Notes: generated by a model from the letters alone, not told the origin. DNA of 64,000 nt from Nitrososphaerota archaeon (GCA_023379805.1 JAMCPI010000012.1:95777-159776); one strand, 5' to 3'. Positions 9,256 through 19,930 are shown, counted from the stretch's first letter. Made by a program: numbers and translations.

Positions 9256-10560
9256 TTGCAGACCTATCAAGACGTGGTTTGCACAGTGTGCGGATGCCTC
9301 TGCGACGATCTCGAAGTCGATGTTGACGGAAACAAAGTGATGAAGGCGCGGAACGCCTGCGCCATGGGCACAAGCAAATTTCTAAGCTACACACACGACC
9401 GAATCGAGACACCTATGATCCGAAAGAATGGGTCACAGCAACCAGCCAATCTTGACGAAGCGATCACGAAGGTAGCTGAGATGCTTGTCAACGCAAAATA
9501 TCCCGCCATCTACGGGCTCGCTCTATCAAGCTGCGAAACAGTGAGAATCGCTCTAGAGCTCACAGAAGAGGTCGGTGGAGTAATGGATAACCAGTCAGTT
9601 GTCTGCCACGGGCCTGGTGTGCTGGGTCTGCACGAAATCGGTGTATCTAGCTGCAGCCTAGGCGAAATCAAGCATCGAGCAGATTTAATTCTCTGCTGGG
9701 GATGCAACCCGGATGAGGCTCATCCACGTCACTTTGAGCGTTACAGCTACACTGCGAAGGGGCGCTGGAGGAACGGAAAAGCAGATAGGAAGCTTGTCGT
9801 GGTTGACGTACGGCAGACCTCTACTGCGCGAAAAGCTGACAAGTTCGTTCAGGTTGATCAGGGAAAAGATTACGAACTCATAAATGCGCTTCGAACCGCC
9901 CTTAGATACGAACAGATCCAGCAGGAGAATGTAGCAGGTATCCCAGTTGAAGAGATCGAGGAGCTTGCTGAACTGTTAAGAAACGCAGAGTTCGGTGTCA
10001 TCCTCTTCGGTCTAGGCGTAACTCAGACCAGTGGAAAGGGACGAAACCTCGACGGTCTCTTCTCCCTAACAAGAGATCTGAACAAATACACAAAGTTCCA
10101 GATAATGCCTGCTAGAGGCCACTTCAATGTCAACGGAGTAAATGAAGTCTCAGCTTGGCAAACAGGCTTCCCATACGGCATTGACTTTAGCCACGGCTAC
10201 CCATGGTACAATCCCGGTGAAACAACCGTAACCGACATTGTCCGCAGAGGTGAAAATGATGCCATGCTTGTCGTTGCCTCAGATCCTATCGCGCATTTCC
10301 CCAAAGCATTAGCTAACCGCATACGCCAATTACCTCTAGCTGCAATAGATCCTGTGCACTCAGTTACAACAATGGTTGCTGACATTGTAATTCCATCAGC
10401 CTTCGCTGGAATTGAGTACGAGGGCACCGCGTACAGAATGGATGGCGTAGCTTTGCCGCTGAAGAAGGTGGTGGAGCCGCCTCAAGGAGTCCTTTCGGAC
10501 GAAGATATTCTGAAGAAAATACTTGATAAGGTTCGTGAAATTAAGGGGAGGTCTGCTTAA
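9256..10560 (+). CDS. fwdB: Formylmethanofuran dehydrogenase subunit B (Mo/W)
   Basis: CTVCGCLCDD...C [4Fe-4S] motif, VCHGP metal-ligand Cys, RGHFNV, GTAYRMD. Confidence 0.95.
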   Translation: MQTYQDVVCTVCGCLCDDLEVDVDGNKVMKARNACAMGTSKFLSYTHDRIETPMIRKNGSQQPANLDEAITKVAEMLVNAKYPAIYGLALSSCETVRIALELTEEVGGVMDNQSVVCHGPGVLGLHEIGVSSCSLGEIKHRADLILCWGCNPDEAHPRHFERYSYTAKGRWRNGKADRKLVVVDVRQTSTARKADKFVQVDQGKDYELINALRTALRYEQIQQENVAGIPVEEIEELAELLRNAEFGVILFGLGVTQTSGKGRNLDGLFSLTRDLNKYTKFQIMPARGHFNVNGVNEVSAWQTGFPYGIDFSHGYPWYNPGETTVTDIVRRGENDAMLVVASDPIAHFPKALANRIRQLPLAAIDPVHSVTTMVADIVIPSAFAGIEYEGTAYRMDGVALPLKKVVEPPQGVLSDEDILKKILDKVREIKGRSA

Positions 10561-10565
10561 GAGAA

Positions 10566-12275
10566 ATGTCGCAGGATATCATCATCAAAAATGGAACGGT
10601 CTTCGACCCAGTTAACAAGATAGACGGCGAAGTCATGGATATTGCTGTCAGCAACGGCAAAATCGTTGAGAGAGTGAATGAGTCCAGCGCCAAAGTTATC
10701 GACGCTTCAGGCAAGGTGGTCTTGGCTGGCGGAGTCGATATTCACTCGCACATAGCCGGGCCGAAGGTGAACATGGCTCGCATTCTCAGACCAGAAGATC
10801 ATTACAGGAATCTGAAGCCTAAAACTGCTGTAAAGCGATCCGGCGTCGGTACATCCTGCCCATCAACCTTCACAACCGGCTACGATTACTCAGAGATGGG
10901 TTACACAACGGTATTCGAGCCTGCGAACCCGCCTCTGAAGATGCTTCACGTCATAGAGGAGCTTAATGATATACCGATGCTGGACAAAGCCTGCTACCCC
11001 TTATTTGGAAACAACTGGCATGTAATGGAGTATCTGAAGAATAACCAGCAGGACGAGCTTGCAGCATATGTTGCATGGATGCTTAGATCAGTAAAGGGCT
11101 ACGCGGTGAAGCTGGTTAACCCCGGTGGCGTAGAGAACTGGAAGTGGGGTGGCGAATCATCTCCGCTAGACGAACCTGTAAAGCACTTCGACGTAACACC
11201 GCGACAAATCATCCAAGGCATGTGCAAGGCTGTGAAGCAGCTTAACCTGCCTCACCAAATGCATATTCACGCGAACATGCTTGGAACACCCGGAAACTAT
11301 GAGACCGCAGTGGAGACTCTTGACTCAGTTCGGCAGATAGCAGGTGCAAATGACGGAAAACCTGTTATCCATCTCACCCATGTTCAATTCAATATTTACG
11401 ATGGAACCAACTGGATGAACCTCTCCTCAGGAGCTGAGCATCTGGCAAAATACATCAACAACCATAGTCACGCCTCAATAGATATCGGGCAGGTAGTTTT
11501 CTCCGACACAACCACGATGACAGCTGACGGACCCTTTGAGTTCAAACTTCAAGGAATGACTGGGGAACGATGGGTTAACGGCGATATCGAGGCTGAAACA
11601 GGCTGCGGCATCGTCCCTATACATTACAAGAAGAGTAACTACGTTCATGCCATAATGTGGATCACAGGGCTCGAAGCCGCATTAATGGTTGACGACCCGT
11701 GGAAGGTCTGTATGACTACGGACCACCCGAACGGAGGCTACTTCACAACCTACCCCCGAGTAATGGCTTGGCTTATGAGCAAAAAGGCTCGGCAGAAACT
11801 CACCAACAAGGTGAACAAGCGTGCGAGAAGCAAAACTGCGCTTGAAAGCCTCGACCGTGAATACAGCTTCTCAGAGGTGCTTGTCTCAACCCGCGCGGGA
11901 ACTGCCCGCCTCCTCGGATTGAATAACAAAGGCCACCTAGGAGTAGGCGCAGACGCTGATATTGCGATACACGATCTTGACTTCAGAAAGATAGATCCCT
12001 CAACAACCCCAAGAAAGTTCCGCAAGGCAATGCAGAAAGCAATCTACACAATCAAGGATGGCGAAATCGTTGTGAAGGACGGCGAAGTAGTAAAGTCGGT
12101 GCCGGGACGAATATACTGGGCCGACGCAAAGGTTTCAGACGATCTTGCCATTGCAGTTGAATCAGATCTGAGCAAAACGTTCCAAGACTACTACTCAGTT
12201 CAAATGAGCAATTACATAATTGCGGAGAAGCACGTGCTCAACTCCACCCCTGTGAGGGTAACGGCGGAGGTATAG
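10566..12275 (+). CDS. fwdA: Formylmethanofuran dehydrogenase subunit A (amidohydrolase)
   Basis: DIHSHIAG, KLVNPGG, TTMTADGP, TTDHPNGG. Confidence 0.96.
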   Translation: MSQDIIIKNGTVFDPVNKIDGEVMDIAVSNGKIVERVNESSAKVIDASGKVVLAGGVDIHSHIAGPKVNMARILRPEDHYRNLKPKTAVKRSGVGTSCPSTFTTGYDYSEMGYTTVFEPANPPLKMLHVIEELNDIPMLDKACYPLFGNNWHVMEYLKNNQQDELAAYVAWMLRSVKGYAVKLVNPGGVENWKWGGESSPLDEPVKHFDVTPRQIIQGMCKAVKQLNLPHQMHIHANMLGTPGNYETAVETLDSVRQIAGANDGKPVIHLTHVQFNIYDGTNWMNLSSGAEHLAKYINNHSHASIDIGQVVFSDTTTMTADGPFEFKLQGMTGERWVNGDIEAETGCGIVPIHYKKSNYVHAIMWITGLEAALMVDDPWKVCMTTDHPNGGYFTTYPRVMAWLMSKKARQKLTNKVNKRARSKTALESLDREYSFSEVLVSTRAGTARLLGLNNKGHLGVGADADIAIHDLDFRKIDPSTTPRKFRKAMQKAIYTIKDGEIVVKDGEVVKSVPGRIYWADAKVSDDLAIAVESDLSKTFQDYYSVQMSNYIIAEKHVLNSTPVRVTAEV

Positions 12276-13115
12276 GTGAACAACAATATGGCAGAAATCA
12301 CCCTAACTTTAAGGGCAAACCCGCCGTCACAACCAGTCGATCTAAGAGAAGTTACCCCCGACAATTTTGCTGGGAAAACCATTGAGCAGGTTGCGTCGCT
12401 GCCTATCTGGATAGGCAACCGACCCTCAACACTAGGCGTGGTGTTCGACGTTAAAGGCGAAACATCAGCTGCACCGCAGGATCAAACTATAATCATCGAG
12501 GGAAGCTTGCCGAACTCGCGAAGAATAGGCGCAAAGATGACTGCAGGTAAAATCATCATTAACGGTAAAGCCGGCATTTACGTCGGAGGCGAGATGAAGA
12601 ACGGCCAGATCACTGTGAACGGAGATGCAGGGGAATGGGCGGGACTAGCCATGAAGGGCGGCTCAATAGAGATAACCGGTAATGCAGGTGATTTTCTAGG
12701 CGCGGCTTACCGTGGAGCCAGAAGCGGCATGAAAGGAGGCATCATAGTGGTGAAAGGCAACGCTGGAAGCGAGGCTGCAGCTTGGATGTCAGGAGGATTA
12801 ATCAAGATATTCGGTGACGCAGGCATATTGCCTGGAATCCATATGACCGGAGGCAGCATTCTCATAGGTGGAAACTGCCCAGGCCGCGTCGGCGCCTCGA
12901 TGACCGGTGGAAAAATTGCCGTTGTAGGCAAAACGGACGATCTGCTCGCAGGCTTCCAGATCGAGGAGATAAAGGATAAAGCGAAAATCGAGAATGACAA
13001 GATCCCGGGGCCATTCTACACTTTCTCCGGGGACAACGCGGAGGCCGGGGTTGGTAAACTCTTCATCCATAAAGAGAGGAACCCCCATCTAGCAGGCTAT
13101 GAAGCCTTCCTTTAA
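12276..13115 (+). CDS. fwdC: Formylmethanofuran dehydrogenase subunit C
   Basis: Repeated GxxMxGGxIxxxG beta-helix units. Confidence 0.95.
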   Translation: MNNNMAEITLTLRANPPSQPVDLREVTPDNFAGKTIEQVASLPIWIGNRPSTLGVVFDVKGETSAAPQDQTIIIEGSLPNSRRIGAKMTAGKIIINGKAGIYVGGEMKNGQITVNGDAGEWAGLAMKGGSIEITGNAGDFLGAAYRGARSGMKGGIIVVKGNAGSEAAAWMSGGLIKIFGDAGILPGIHMTGGSILIGGNCPGRVGASMTGGKIAVVGKTDDLLAGFQIEEIKDKAKIENDKIPGPFYTFSGDNAEAGVGKLFIHKERNPHLAGYEAFL

Positions 13116-13142
13116 TCCTGCCTGCCCAAATATATGCCACGC

Positions 13143-14780
13143 TTAGGATGATATGTGTCGGGTCTTATGGGACTGAGTGATAGGCAGTTCCATTGTTATG
13201 GTGGTGCCTCTTCCCTTCTTGCTGTCTATATGAATTGCTCCGCCGTGGCTTTCAACGATTCTCTTTGCGCCTGATAGCCCCAGTCCATTTCCTTCAGGCT
13301 TCGTTGTAAAGAACGGTGTGAATATCTTTTCAAGGTTCTCTTCAGGTATGCCTATGCCTGTGTCGCCGATCTTGATGCGGATCAATTTATCTGATGTTGC
13401 TGTGGCAACTGTCAGTTCTCCTCTATGAGGCATTGCCTGCACCGCGTTTTGAACTAGGTTGAACAGTGCTCTTTCCAGCTGCTCAGCATCGATTTCGGCT
13501 GTAGGGATATTGCCGAAGTTTGTCAATACTTTGATCCTGCTCGGCATTATCGTCTGAGCCAATATCCTCTTCAGCAATGTGTTGATATCCGTCTCTCTAA
13601 CGTGGAGTTTTGGTTCGAGTGTGAACTGAAGGAACTCCTTGATGATTCTGTCTGTAGTTGTGATGTTAAGGTTAATTATCTCAAGCATCTTCTCTCCCTT
13701 ATTGCTCAGCTTCTCATTCTTCAGGATGTATGCGGCGGCCTTCATTGATGATAGGGGGTTCCGCAGGTCGTGACCGATGCTTTTCGCCATCTGACTTACA
13801 GCCGAAAGCTTCTCCGCTTCAGTCTGTTTCCGCTCACTAATGTCGGTTATAATATACTCGATGGCTTTTTTTCCTTCGTAGATGATGTTCTTAGCCTTAA
13901 CTGCAACAGGGATCTCGCTGCCGTCTCTACATTTCATAGATATTTCGTAAAGCGGGATACTATTCTCCTTTAACCTTCGTGCAATATTCTCTTTCACTAG
14001 CTGTTGGAACCTTGCTGGTACAGTTTTTACAAGAGGATGAAATGACGGGTTCGTCATCTCCTCGAAGGTCCACCCTAGTTTCTCACACATTGCTCTGTTG
14101 ACGTACCTGTAACTCTCATCTTGGTATATGGCTACATAGATCGGCAGGTTCTCCACAATCGCCCGGTACTTCTCCTCGTTCTCTGCCAGCGCCTTCTCCA
14201 TTTTAGTTCTGGTTGAATGTTCGTCAGCCATCTCAAGGGCTGTTGAGATGTGTGAAGCTAAGCTGATAACAGATGGAGCGAAGTATTCTGCGAGATTAGG
14301 TGCTGACATCGAGAATGCCCCAATTATTTTGCCATGTCTTCTTAACGGGGTTATCACACCTGTAACATTCTCGAAGCCAAAAGTTTTCACTATCAGGTAA
14401 GAGACGGGTTTAGGCATCAGCGCCTTTATCAGATCTTTAAACCTGTAGTGAACAGTCTTACCTTCACTCAATACCTGTTGAAAGACCTTGGATTTGTTAG
14501 GATCAAGCGTGAATCTGTCAAAGTTCATGCCTGTGGCCTTTTCTAGGAACCTAATTTTTTCCGGTCTCGCTATTCTAATCTCGGTTAGCTTTAGTTTAGT
14601 TCCGTCTTCATTTAACAAAAAGAATCCTTCATCGTATTTGCCTGCCTTATCAAACTCCTCCTTCACTCTCTGGTAGATCTGCGATTCGTCAAACAGGCCG
14701 TATATAGCTTCAGAGACCTGCTCGGTAAAATGCATGATATCAACCAGCTCCTGTATAGACGCTTCTAGCGTCTTCGTCAC
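13143..14780 (-). CDS. GAF/PAS sensor histidine kinase (orphan)
   Basis: PAS domain, H-box GHDLRNPL, N-box NLVQNAVQAM, DTGIGI, FTPFFTTK, GNGLGL. Confidence 0.92.
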   Translation of the reverse strand: MTKTLEASIQELVDIMHFTEQVSEAIYGLFDESQIYQRVKEEFDKAGKYDEGFFLLNEDGTKLKLTEIRIARPEKIRFLEKATGMNFDRFTLDPNKSKVFQQVLSEGKTVHYRFKDLIKALMPKPVSYLIVKTFGFENVTGVITPLRRHGKIIGAFSMSAPNLAEYFAPSVISLASHISTALEMADEHSTRTKMEKALAENEEKYRAIVENLPIYVAIYQDESYRYVNRAMCEKLGWTFEEMTNPSFHPLVKTVPARFQQLVKENIARRLKENSIPLYEISMKCRDGSEIPVAVKAKNIIYEGKKAIEYIITDISERKQTEAEKLSAVSQMAKSIGHDLRNPLSSMKAAAYILKNEKLSNKGEKMLEIINLNITTTDRIIKEFLQFTLEPKLHVRETDINTLLKRILAQTIMPSRIKVLTNFGNIPTAEIDAEQLERALFNLVQNAVQAMPHRGELTVATATSDKLIRIKIGDTGIGIPEENLEKIFTPFFTTKPEGNGLGLSGAKRIVESHGGAIHIDSKKGRGTTITMELPITQSHKTRHISS

Positions 14781-14933
14781 TTCTGAAGCCTCCTGCGAAC
14801 CGGTTGATGATACAATCTGGGTGCGCCTTTCTTTTTCTCGATGATAATATTGATATCTCGCTTAAAAGCGCTATTCAAAATTAGGTCTTTTTTGGACAAC
14901 GGTTAAAACAGAGCACTTCTATGACTGGGAGTT

Positions 14934-15914
14934 ATGAGTATTAGCGTTAGCGTCAACCGGCACGGCTTGAATGTAGTTAAAGAGGTGATTAACCGCGCTG
15001 ATGAGCTTGCGGTGAGAGTAGAGGAAAACCGCGACGGCACAACACTAATCGACATGGGCGTAGCTGCTAAAGGCGGCTTCCTAGCAGGCAAATATCTAAC
15101 CGATATCTGTCTAGGCGGTCTCGGGCACACGGAGCTAAGTACCGTCGATATCGGCGGCCTGGTGCTCCCATCCATTGTGGTTACGGCTGATCACCCCTCC
15201 ATCTCACTCTTAGGTTCCCAGTTCGCAGGCTGGCAGATTAAGGTCGGAGAAGGCGAGAACCAGTACTTTGCGATGGGCTCCGGTCCGGCTCGAGCTTTGC
15301 CGTTGAAGCCTAAGGAAATCTATCAAGATATCGGGTACAAGGATGGTTTTGATGCCGCGGTCATCGCGTTGGAGACCGATGTGAAGCCCCCGGAGGCTGC
15401 TACGCAGTTCATTGCTCAGAAGTGTGGTGTAGACCCTAAGAACTTGTATGTGGCGTTTGCACCTACTTCAAGTGTAGCCGGCTCTACTCAGATATCTGGT
15501 AGAATCGTTGAAACTGGGCTTCACAAGCTCTACAAGTCCGGTTTCGACCCTAAGAAGGTGCGGAACGGCCTAGGTGAGGCGCCTATTGCGCCTTTACATC
15601 CCAAATCGATTAAGGCGATGGGCCGCACAAACGATATGATTCTTTACGCTGGAAGAGTTTACTTTGAAGTTGAGGCTGAGAATGATGAGGAGTTGAAGAA
15701 AATAGTGCAGGCTACACCTTCATCTGCCTCCAGAGACTACGGCAAACCCTTCTACGATCTCTTCAAAGCAGCTAACTTCGACTTCTACAAGATTGATGAG
15801 CATCTATTCGCTCCCGCGGTCGTCACAGTTAACAACCTCAAAACCGGGCGCATCACCACCGCAGGAAAGGTTAATGAGAAGATACTTCTCCAGTCGATAG
15901 GCTACGCTGATTGA
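14934..15914 (+). CDS. mch: Methenyl-H4MPT cyclohydrolase
   Basis: ICLGGLG, LGSQFAGW, GSGPARAL, QISGRIVETGLHK, MGRTND, FYKID..LFAPA. Confidence 0.97.
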   Translation: MSISVSVNRHGLNVVKEVINRADELAVRVEENRDGTTLIDMGVAAKGGFLAGKYLTDICLGGLGHTELSTVDIGGLVLPSIVVTADHPSISLLGSQFAGWQIKVGEGENQYFAMGSGPARALPLKPKEIYQDIGYKDGFDAAVIALETDVKPPEAATQFIAQKCGVDPKNLYVAFAPTSSVAGSTQISGRIVETGLHKLYKSGFDPKKVRNGLGEAPIAPLHPKSIKAMGRTNDMILYAGRVYFEVEAENDEELKKIVQATPSSASRDYGKPFYDLFKAANFDFYKIDEHLFAPAVVTVNNLKTGRITTAGKVNEKILLQSIGYAD

Positions 15915-16816
15915 ATAATAATAGCAGCAAACCTCTGAGAATAGGTCTACTCACAAGAAACCGGGATGCTTGGCCCTCCACCCAGCTAAGAAGAGCCATA
16001 GTTGAGCACAGCGCAGACCCGGTCTGCTTCACCTTCGCAGATATTACAGCGAAGCTTGGAGAAGGCCCCGAAATAGTCATACAGGACAGCATCGATGCCA
16101 TACAGGAGCTTCAAGCGGTGCTAGTTCGACCTATAGGCCGCGGCTCTCTTGACGAGATAATCTTCAGGCTGGATGTTCTCCATCGGCTAGAGCGCGGCGG
16201 AGTCTTCGTAGTAAACCCGCCGTCAAGTATCGAGAAGGCTGTTGACAAGTATCGTGCGCTCTCGCTGCTGGCTGAGCACGGGGTTAAGGTTCCGAAGACG
16301 GTTGTTACAGAGAACCCTGATTCGGCTCTTGAAGGCTTCCGAGCGATGGAGCGTGACGTGGTGATTAAGCCGCTGTTCGGTTCTCAGGGCTTCGGGATAA
16401 CCCGGCTCTCAGATACGGAGGTTACCCGTAGAATCTACAGTGAGCTCAACTACTTCCGTCACGTTCTCTACACGCAGCAGTTCGTTCACCATGGGCGACG
16501 TGATATCCGCTGCTTAGTTATCGGCGGCAGGGTTGCTGCAGCAATGAGTCGGCAGGCGAGGGGCTGGAAGACTAATGTAAGTCAAGGCGCCAAGCCTGTG
16601 CCGCTTAACCCTCCGGCTGAGGTTGAGGAGATTGCGGTGAAATCAGCTGAGGTTTTGGACTGCAGGGTCGCAGGTGTTGATCTTCTAGAGAGCCCCGATG
16701 GGTACTTTGTGAATGAGGTGAATAGTCAACCGGGCTTCCGGGGTCTCCAGTCGGTGACTAAGGTCGATGTCGCCGGAGCGATGGTGAAGTATGTTTTGGA
16801 AGAGCTGAAGCGATGA
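15911..16816 (+). CDS. mptN: RimK-type ATP-grasp ligase, probable H4MPT:alpha-L-glutamate ligase
   Basis: GSLDEIIFRLD, KPLFGSQG, WKTNVSQGA, EVNSQPG. Overlaps the mch stop codon. Confidence 0.8.
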   Translation: MNNNSSKPLRIGLLTRNRDAWPSTQLRRAIVEHSADPVCFTFADITAKLGEGPEIVIQDSIDAIQELQAVLVRPIGRGSLDEIIFRLDVLHRLERGGVFVVNPPSSIEKAVDKYRALSLLAEHGVKVPKTVVTENPDSALEGFRAMERDVVIKPLFGSQGFGITRLSDTEVTRRIYSELNYFRHVLYTQQFVHHGRRDIRCLVIGGRVAAAMSRQARGWKTNVSQGAKPVPLNPPAEVEEIAVKSAEVLDCRVAGVDLLESPDGYFVNEVNSQPGFRGLQSVTKVDVAGAMVKYVLEELKR

Positions 16817-16856
16817 GTTTGATGGCCGCGGTATTCGTTGTGCTCACCTCAGTACT

Positions 16857-17594
16857 TTACAGACGAACCGTATCAATTTCACGTCGGCTCAGCAGACCAC
16901 GGTGCAACGCCGTAGTAACAAGCACACCTGACGCCCCAGCGTCTCTAAGCGACCGCATGTCGTCAATAGAGGAAACTCCGCCACCCACGAGCAATGGCAG
17001 ATCAACAGCCCCAACAATCGCTTCAACAAGATGCGCGTCTACACCGGTTTCCGAACCAACGCGCGAAAGATCAAGCAGAATCAACTCACCAACTCCACAT
17101 CCCTCAAGTATCCTAGCCGCCTTCACCGGCTTCGCCTCTACAAGTTCACGACATCTAGACAGTACTTTCCCATCCTTAACATCAACAGAACCGGTTGCAC
17201 TCGTACCCCCAACAGCATCGACTACTCTTCCTAGGCTGTCTAGACTGTTCAACGTCTCACTACCGATAACTACCTTTACAGCACCAATCTCCAGAAGCCG
17301 TTCAGCCTCCTCGGGGCTATTTACTCCCGAGTCAACCATGACGCTTAGATCTTTGGTAGCGAAGATCTTGGAGAGAAGAGGCAGGTTCGCTTCTCCCTTG
17401 GTAATTCCGTCCAAATCAGCCGTGTACAGCTCGTCGAAGCCGAACTGTTCCTTAAGTCCTAGTGCAACCTCGACCGGGTCAGAGGCAACGGATAGAGTGC
17501 TTTTCAGGGGGCGGTAGTCTTCACGGTGACCTCCAACCGCATGGACTGCTGTTCCCTGCATGATGTCAATGACGGGGATTACTCTGAAATTCAT
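16857..17594 (-). CDS. HisA/HisF-related TIM-barrel protein of H4MPT/methanofuran clusters (orf17-like)
   Basis: VIPVIDI..G.AVHAVGG.RE.YRP, LYTADLD, LDLSRVG, GGGV. Confidence 0.85.
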   Translation of the reverse strand: MNFRVIPVIDIMQGTAVHAVGGHREDYRPLKSTLSVASDPVEVALGLKEQFGFDELYTADLDGITKGEANLPLLSKIFATKDLSVMVDSGVNSPEEAERLLEIGAVKVVIGSETLNSLDSLGRVVDAVGGTSATGSVDVKDGKVLSRCRELVEAKPVKAARILEGCGVGELILLDLSRVGSETGVDAHLVEAIVGAVDLPLLVGGGVSSIDDMRSLRDAGASGVLVTTALHRGLLSRREIDTVRL

Positions 17595-17630
17595 TTTCCG
17601 GCCTTTCCTGAACTCTAAGAGGTATTCAGC

Positions 17631-18857
17631 TTGGTGACTGTAAATATATTTGAGTATGCTTCCGGCGGCGGCTTTCGAGGACAGAGGATTCCCCTCAACA
17701 TATTCTGCGAAGGCTACTCAATGTTGAAGAGCGTCGCAGAAGATTTTCATGCAGCAGGATACACTGTTCGCTGTCTTCTGGACTCCCGGGTGGACTCTTT
17801 GCGAAGTGATTTATCGGTGGTTGACGATGTTGTAGAGGTTTCGCCTAATTCCTCTTCTATTCAGGATATTTTCGTCAAGATGCTTCAGCGCTCCGAGTTA
17901 TCGCTGGTGATTGCGCCTGAAACGGGCGGTGTACTCTCATCTCTAATCCGGCTTGTCGAGGAATCTTCTTCAGCTTCACTGAACTCTGCTTCTAAAACAG
18001 CGGATGAGGTTTCAGACAAGGCTTCACTCTCCGAGCTTCTTGGGCGAAACGGCGTAGCTGTGCCTGAAACAAAGTGTTTCTCCACTGAGGACAGTTTGGA
18101 TGAGGTGTTGTCTGCGTATCTGAGGTTCTCGGAGCCAACCGTGGTGGTTAAACCGGTTGATGGAGTCAGCTGCGAGTCCACCTTTCTAGTCTCTAACCGT
18201 GCTGAGATGATTGATGCTTACAAGAATCTTTCCGAGAATAGGGCAGTGAGCCACTTTATCATCCAGCGTTTTGTGGAAGGGCTTCCTGCGAGTGTCAGCC
18301 TTATCTCAAATGGGCGGAATGCTCAGCCTATTGCTCTGAACCTGCAGCGTGTTACGCTGAACCCACCTGGTGCAAAGGTCTCTTCCTATAGGGGTGGCTT
18401 GACTCCGCTGCATCATCCTGACGCGGAGAAGGCCCTACAGGTTGCTCGACGCGCGGTTCAGGTGTTCGGTGGGCTTCGAGGATATGTCGGCGTGGATTTG
18501 GTTTTGTCTCCTAACGGCCCGGTTGTGCTTGAAGTTAATCCTCGTCTAACCGTTTCTTACGTTGGGCTTAGACAAGTGTTAAAGCAGGGTTTAGCTGAAC
18601 CGATGGTGATGGCGGCCCTAAACGGGGTGCTTCCAGCATCTTTCGACACGACAGGCTTCTCAGTCTTCTCTAAACTTCCCCACGGTAGTGCGAAAAATAG
18701 GGTAGCTGTCGGTAGCCGAGTTATGTGCCCGCCAGTTGAAGTTGACGGAGCAAGTTTGGCTGAGACTCTTCTGGTCTCTTGGAGAGAGCGTGAAGATGAG
18801 GCTTTGAGGCTTCTTTCGGCTCAGGAGAGAATGGCTGTGGAGGCTAGTCGAAAGTGA
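17631..18857 (+). CDS. mfnD: ATP-grasp tyramine-L-glutamate ligase
   Basis: IFEYASGG, EGYSML, VIAPE, KPVDG, GYVGVD, EVNPRLT. Confidence 0.85.
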   Translation: MVTVNIFEYASGGGFRGQRIPLNIFCEGYSMLKSVAEDFHAAGYTVRCLLDSRVDSLRSDLSVVDDVVEVSPNSSSIQDIFVKMLQRSELSLVIAPETGGVLSSLIRLVEESSSASLNSASKTADEVSDKASLSELLGRNGVAVPETKCFSTEDSLDEVLSAYLRFSEPTVVVKPVDGVSCESTFLVSNRAEMIDAYKNLSENRAVSHFIIQRFVEGLPASVSLISNGRNAQPIALNLQRVTLNPPGAKVSSYRGGLTPLHHPDAEKALQVARRAVQVFGGLRGYVGVDLVLSPNGPVVLEVNPRLTVSYVGLRQVLKQGLAEPMVMAALNGVLPASFDTTGFSVFSKLPHGSAKNRVAVGSRVMCPPVEVDGASLAETLLVSWREREDEALRLLSAQERMAVEASRK

Positions 18858-19930
18858 GGATACTTGGTTTGGATGTCGGCGGCGCGAACCTGAAGATAGC
18901 TTGGGTTGAGGTGCTTAAGGGGAGCATAGTGAATTGCCAAACCGCAGTGGAGTATCTTCCTATGTGGCGGGGAGGAAAGGATCGTCTTCCCGCGACTTTA
19001 CGCGAAGTTTCAGATGCGCTCTCTCAAGGTGAGTTGCCTGACGCGATTGGTGTGACGATGACCGCTGAGCTCTCCGATGTCTTTGAGTCGAAGAGAGAGG
19101 GTGTCGAGTACACTTTGCAGTGCGTTCGACAAATCTACAATGGCATCGACCCAATCTTAGTTGTAGATTACAACGGTGAGCTAGGCACTATAAAGGCGGC
19201 CCAGCAGAACCCTCTTCGATATTCGTCAGCTAACTGGGCGGCCACTGCCAAAGTGCTCTCAGGCATCTTCGCTGACTGCCTGCTAATAGACATCGGAAGT
19301 ACCACCACCGACATTATCCCAATTCTAAATCATAGAATCGCTACCGAGGGCAGGACTGATATGGATAGGCTTGCGACAGGTGAGCTAGTTTACACCGGTG
19401 CTCTCAGAAGCGATATTCAATCCATTACTCATGTTCTTCCAGTTAACGGCAGAGAAACGGAGGTTGCTGCTGAGCGGTTCGCTCTCTCCGGAGATGTTCA
19501 CCTTATTCTCGGAAATATCGCGCCTGAAGAGTACTCAACCGAGACCGCCGATGGCCGTGACACTTCACGACAGCGGTGTTTTGCGCGGCTAGCTAGGACT
19601 GTTTGTGCAGAACCGGAGATGATCGGGGAGACTGGTTTGATCAAAATGGTCTCTTACATTTACGATAAGCAGGTGGATAAGATTCATAAGAGATTGACGA
19701 ATGTGTTGAGGCGGCTTAATATTACGCCGCGCGAAGACATGCCTGTTGTAACCACGGGGCTAGGTGGGCTCTTTCTGGGGCGGGAGGCCGCGTATAAATC
19801 GGGTTTCCGACGCTTCTACAGACTTGAACAGATAGTTGGCGGCGAGAACCCGCAGGCCGCCGCCGCGGTTTCAGTGGCTCTTCTTACAGCGGCGGAGATG
19901 GGTGAGATTGTTAAATGGTCTCCGTCCTGA
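18854..19930 (+). CDS. mfnF: Hydantoinase A-family methanofuran synthesis protein MfnF (orf9-like)
   Basis: GLDVGGANLK, TMTAELSD, SANW, DIGSTTTDIIP, ELVYTG. Confidence 0.9.
   Translation: MRILGLDVGGANLKIAWVEVLKGSIVNCQTAVEYLPMWRGGKDRLPATLREVSDALSQGELPDAIGVTMTAELSDVFESKREGVEYTLQCVRQIYNGIDPILVVDYNGELGTIKAAQQNPLRYSSANWAATAKVLSGIFADCLLIDIGSTTTDIIPILNHRIATEGRTDMDRLATGELVYTGALRSDIQSITHVLPVNGRETEVAAERFALSGDVHLILGNIAPEEYSTETADGRDTSRQRCFARLARTVCAEPEMIGETGLIKMVSYIYDKQVDKIHKRLTNVLRRLNITPREDMPVVTTGLGGLFLGREAAYKSGFRRFYRLEQIVGGENPQAAAAVSVALLTAAEMGEIVKWSPS

Noticed and set aside
9256..10560. Selenocysteine-containing FwdB
   Set aside because: The ligand position is TGC (Cys) and there is no in-frame TGA.
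16813..17517. 234-aa plus-strand ORF and the many other antisense ORFs in the track
   Set aside because: They are shadows of well-supported genes on the opposite strand or frame, with no recognisable motifs.
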